Origin: Coleofasciculus chthonoplastes F2-STO-03
Lineage (GTDB): Bacteria; Cyanobacteriota; Cyanobacteriia; Cyanobacteriales; Coleofasciculaceae
Length of the DNA: 16,466 nt
Direction of reading: 5' to 3'
Assembly: GCA_040222015.1 (NCBI GenBank)
Contig: JAVJWO010000086.1
Coordinates: 1-16,466, forward strand
Shown here one piece after another: positions 14,235 to 16,466 of this stretch. The translations under genes were made by a program, and so were the position numbers. Under the pieces are notes generated by a model. It was not told the origin of the DNA. It did not search any database and saw only the letters and a program-made list of their open reading frames with translations. Numbering within the stretch: the stretch's first letter is position 1; every line of letters begins with the position of its first letter.

Positions 14235-16124
14235 ATGGCTGATACCGTTCTCGACGTTCGCAAACTACAAGTCAAATTCAAAACCGATGAAAAGGAAGTC
14301 CTAGCTGTTGATGAGATTAGTTTTCAAGTGAAACGGGGGCAAACCCTGGGAATTGTGGGTGAGTCGGGTTCGGGGAAGTCAGTCACCTCACTGGCGGTGA
14401 TGGGGTTAGTGTCAACGCCGGGTAAGATTACTCAGGGGGAGATTTATTTTAAACCTCAGGCTGATGGCGCTCAACGCAAAGACTTGCTGAAGCTGAACGA
14501 GGAACAAAAACGCCAGTTTCGGGGCGGTCAAATTTCGATGATCTTCCAGGAACCGATGAGTTCCCTCAACCCCGTCTACACAATCGGGTTTCAGCTTATT
14601 GAGGCTATTTTACAGCATCAGGACATTTCCAAAGGCGGAGCACGGCGTCAGGCGATCGCACGGTTGCAAGAAGTGCGGCTAATTCCGAGTGATGAGGAAC
14701 TTAAGCAGGAGTATGAACAAGAAAATCCCGATCGCGCCGCCTCCACTGATCGAGCCATTAGCCAGTACCTGAATCAGCGCAAACAGGAAATGCTCAAGCG
14801 CTATCCTCACGAACTATCGGGGGGTCAATTGCAACGGGTGATGATTGCGATGGCAATTGCCTGTGATCCGGAGATTCTGATTGCGGATGAACCCAGTACC
14901 GCCCTGGATGTTACCGTACAGGCGGCAATTCTGGACTTACTGCGGGAGTTGCGAAAGGGGCGAGAAATGTCGATGATTTTTATCACCCACGACTTAGGCG
15001 TAATTGCTGAAATTGCCGATAGTGTGGCGGTGATGCATCAAGGAAAAATTGTCGAAATTGGCAATGTTTGGCAGATTTTCTCTCATCCCCAGAAGCCCTA
15101 CACGAAAGGATTATTAGCCTGTCGTCCTACTTTGGAAAAACAGTTAAAATACTTACCCACTGTGGCTGACTTCATGGAGGAGAAGGAGGAGAAGGAGGGT
15201 AAGGTAGTAGAAATTCGCGAAAAATCCCCGACGTTTGAGCAGGAAAATGGGGCAAAAGTTCAGCGAGATAATCACGCCATCTCTGACGCCTCACCACCTC
15301 CCCTACTTGCCGTTGAAAACCTCCGAGTGGGGTTTCCTGTATCCAACTTATTTGGCAAAACTAAACGCTATATTATGGCGGTCAATGATGTGTCCTTTGA
15401 GGTTGACCAAGGCAAAACCTTGGGACTCGTGGGGGAATCAGGTTGTGGTAAATCCACCCTTGCCCGCACGTTATTGCGTTTAATTGAACCGATGGGGGGT
15501 AAAGTGACTTTTGAAAATGAAGATATCACCCAGATTAAAGGCAAGCGCTTGCGGCAAATGCGGCAAAAGATGCAAATTATTTTCCAGAATCCTTTTAGTT
15601 CCCTAGATCCCCGGATGAAGATTGGGGATGCGGTGATGGAACCATTGGTGATTCATAAATGGAAGGATAGCAAAGCACGTCGCGATCACGCCGCCTATTT
15701 GTTTGAGCGAGTGGGGTTAAACACCGACAGGATGAACAGCTATCCCCACCAGTTTTCGGGGGGACAACGCCAACGGGTTTGTATCGCTAGGGCGCTAGCA
15801 CTTAAACCTAAGTTTATTATCTGCGATGAATCGGTTTCGGCTCTGGATGTGTCGGTACAGGCGCAGGTGCTGAATCTGCTGAAGGAGTTACAGAGTGAGT
15901 TTAAACTCACCTATATCTTTATCTCCCATGACTTAAGCGTAGTTAAATTTATGAGCGATCGGATCATGGTGATGAATAAGGGCAAAATCGAGGAAATCGA
16001 TGCGGCGGAGAGTATCTATCGGGAACCGAAAACTGAGTACACGCGCCAGCTTATTGCATCTATTCCTACCGGAAGCTTGGATCGGATTGAGCAACAGCAA
16101 GCAGGGCGAGGATTGATTTCTTGA
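14235..16124 (+). CDS. Dipeptide/oligopeptide/nickel-type ABC transporter ATP-binding protein with two fused ATPase domains
   Basis: Walker A GESGSGKS and GESGCGKS; Q-loops IFQEP and IFQNP; signatures YPHELSGGQ and YPHQFSGGQ; Walker B IADEP and ICDES; H-loops ITHDL and ISHDL; OppD/DppD-type tails HP..PYT..LL and P..EYT..LI. Confidence 0.93.
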   Translation: MADTVLDVRKLQVKFKTDEKEVLAVDEISFQVKRGQTLGIVGESGSGKSVTSLAVMGLVSTPGKITQGEIYFKPQADGAQRKDLLKLNEEQKRQFRGGQISMIFQEPMSSLNPVYTIGFQLIEAILQHQDISKGGARRQAIARLQEVRLIPSDEELKQEYEQENPDRAASTDRAISQYLNQRKQEMLKRYPHELSGGQLQRVMIAMAIACDPEILIADEPSTALDVTVQAAILDLLRELRKGREMSMIFITHDLGVIAEIADSVAVMHQGKIVEIGNVWQIFSHPQKPYTKGLLACRPTLEKQLKYLPTVADFMEEKEEKEGKVVEIREKSPTFEQENGAKVQRDNHAISDASPPPLLAVENLRVGFPVSNLFGKTKRYIMAVNDVSFEVDQGKTLGLVGESGCGKSTLARTLLRLIEPMGGKVTFENEDITQIKGKRLRQMRQKMQIIFQNPFSSLDPRMKIGDAVMEPLVIHKWKDSKARRDHAAYLFERVGLNTDRMNSYPHQFSGGQRQRVCIARALALKPKFIICDESVSALDVSVQAQVLNLLKELQSEFKLTYIFISHDLSVVKFMSDRIMVMNKGKIEEIDAAESIYREPKTEYTRQLIASIPTGSLDRIEQQQAGRGLIS

Positions 16125-16176
16125 TTTAGAACGCGATCGCTAATAGATTCGGGGTGGGTTTCATACAGCACGATCT

Positions 16177-16237
16177 GTAGGGGCGGGTTTGACAGATAAC
16201 TTATAGCAACAAACCGATAACTTAACTAAACCCGCCC
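16177..16237. repeat. GTAGGGGCGGGTTT/AAACCCGCCC palindromic element
   Basis: Arms at 16177-16190 and 16228-16237 enclose a 37-nt loop. Confidence 0.85.
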
Positions 16238-16466
16238 GGTTATCGGGGTGGCTCACGCGATCGGGGCGGGTTTAGTTACATTGGGGTCAAACCAAAATGA
16301 TAGTTGTAAAACCCGCCCCTACAGGTGCTTCAGGTTCCGGTTATCGGGGTGGCTCACGCGATCGGGGCGGGTTTAGTTACATTGGGGTCAAACCAAAATG
16401 ATAGTTGTAAAACCCGCCCCTACAGGTGCTTCAGGTTCCGGTTATCGGGGTGGCTCACGCGATCGG
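16236..16466. repeat. Perfect 101-bp tandem repeat (two full copies and a partial third, continuing past the window edge), each unit containing one palindromic element
   Basis: Units start at 16236, 16337 and 16438, and the two full units are identical. Each contains GGGGCGGGTTT, a 35-nt loop and AAACCCGCCCCTAC. Confidence 0.95.

Larger units (their letters stand above)
380..16140. other. Dispersed HIP1 octamers (GCGATCGC)
   Basis: Exact copies were seen at 380, 943, 8532, 8655, 9521, 11736, 12504, 13246, 14652 and 16133. HIP1 is a cyanobacterial genome signature. Confidence 0.85.

Noticed and set aside
596..15483. Other short ORFs nested in the main genes (596..781, 931..1170, 2525..2719, 5672..5965, 12885..13103, 15235..15483)
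   Set aside because: They are short, overlap confident CDSs almost entirely and show no domain signatures.
16236..16466. CRISPR array
   Set aside because: The whole 101-bp units are identical, so there are no unique spacers, and no cas genes are present. It is a tandem repeat of a palindromic element.

Overview
This is a chromosomal window from a cyanobacterium, based on at least 10 HIP1 GCGATCGC octamers, STRR heptamer repeats and GTAG-headed palindromes. The repeat set suggests a filamentous, Coleofasciculus-like organism (inference). There are five credible genes: (1) a secreted protein with a C-terminal type IV pilin-like G/H domain; (2) a ~1820-aa Ser/Thr kinase-STAND/AAA ATPase-helical repeat-GAF-class III nucleotide cyclase; (3) a 1518-aa membrane Cache-HAMP-PAS-HisKA-HATPase-REC-PAS-class III cyclase, whose cyclase is a close paralogue of that in gene 2 and whose H-box reads HQLRT instead of HELRT; (4) a short, divergent pyruvate kinase-like protein without the C-terminal regulatory domain; and (5) a fused double-ATPase ABC subunit of the peptide/nickel type. 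The intergenic DNA is the most unusual part. At least five unrelated ~95-130 bp MITE shells, with different TIRs and target duplications, each carry a different REP-like hairpin at their centre, and some are nested in each other or in REPs. One REP-like family has conserved arms around a variable 35-39 nt loop. It occurs between genes, as a 101-bp tandem array, and in frame inside both cyclase genes, where it encodes homologous peptides. No transposase, CRISPR array or RNA gene was found.
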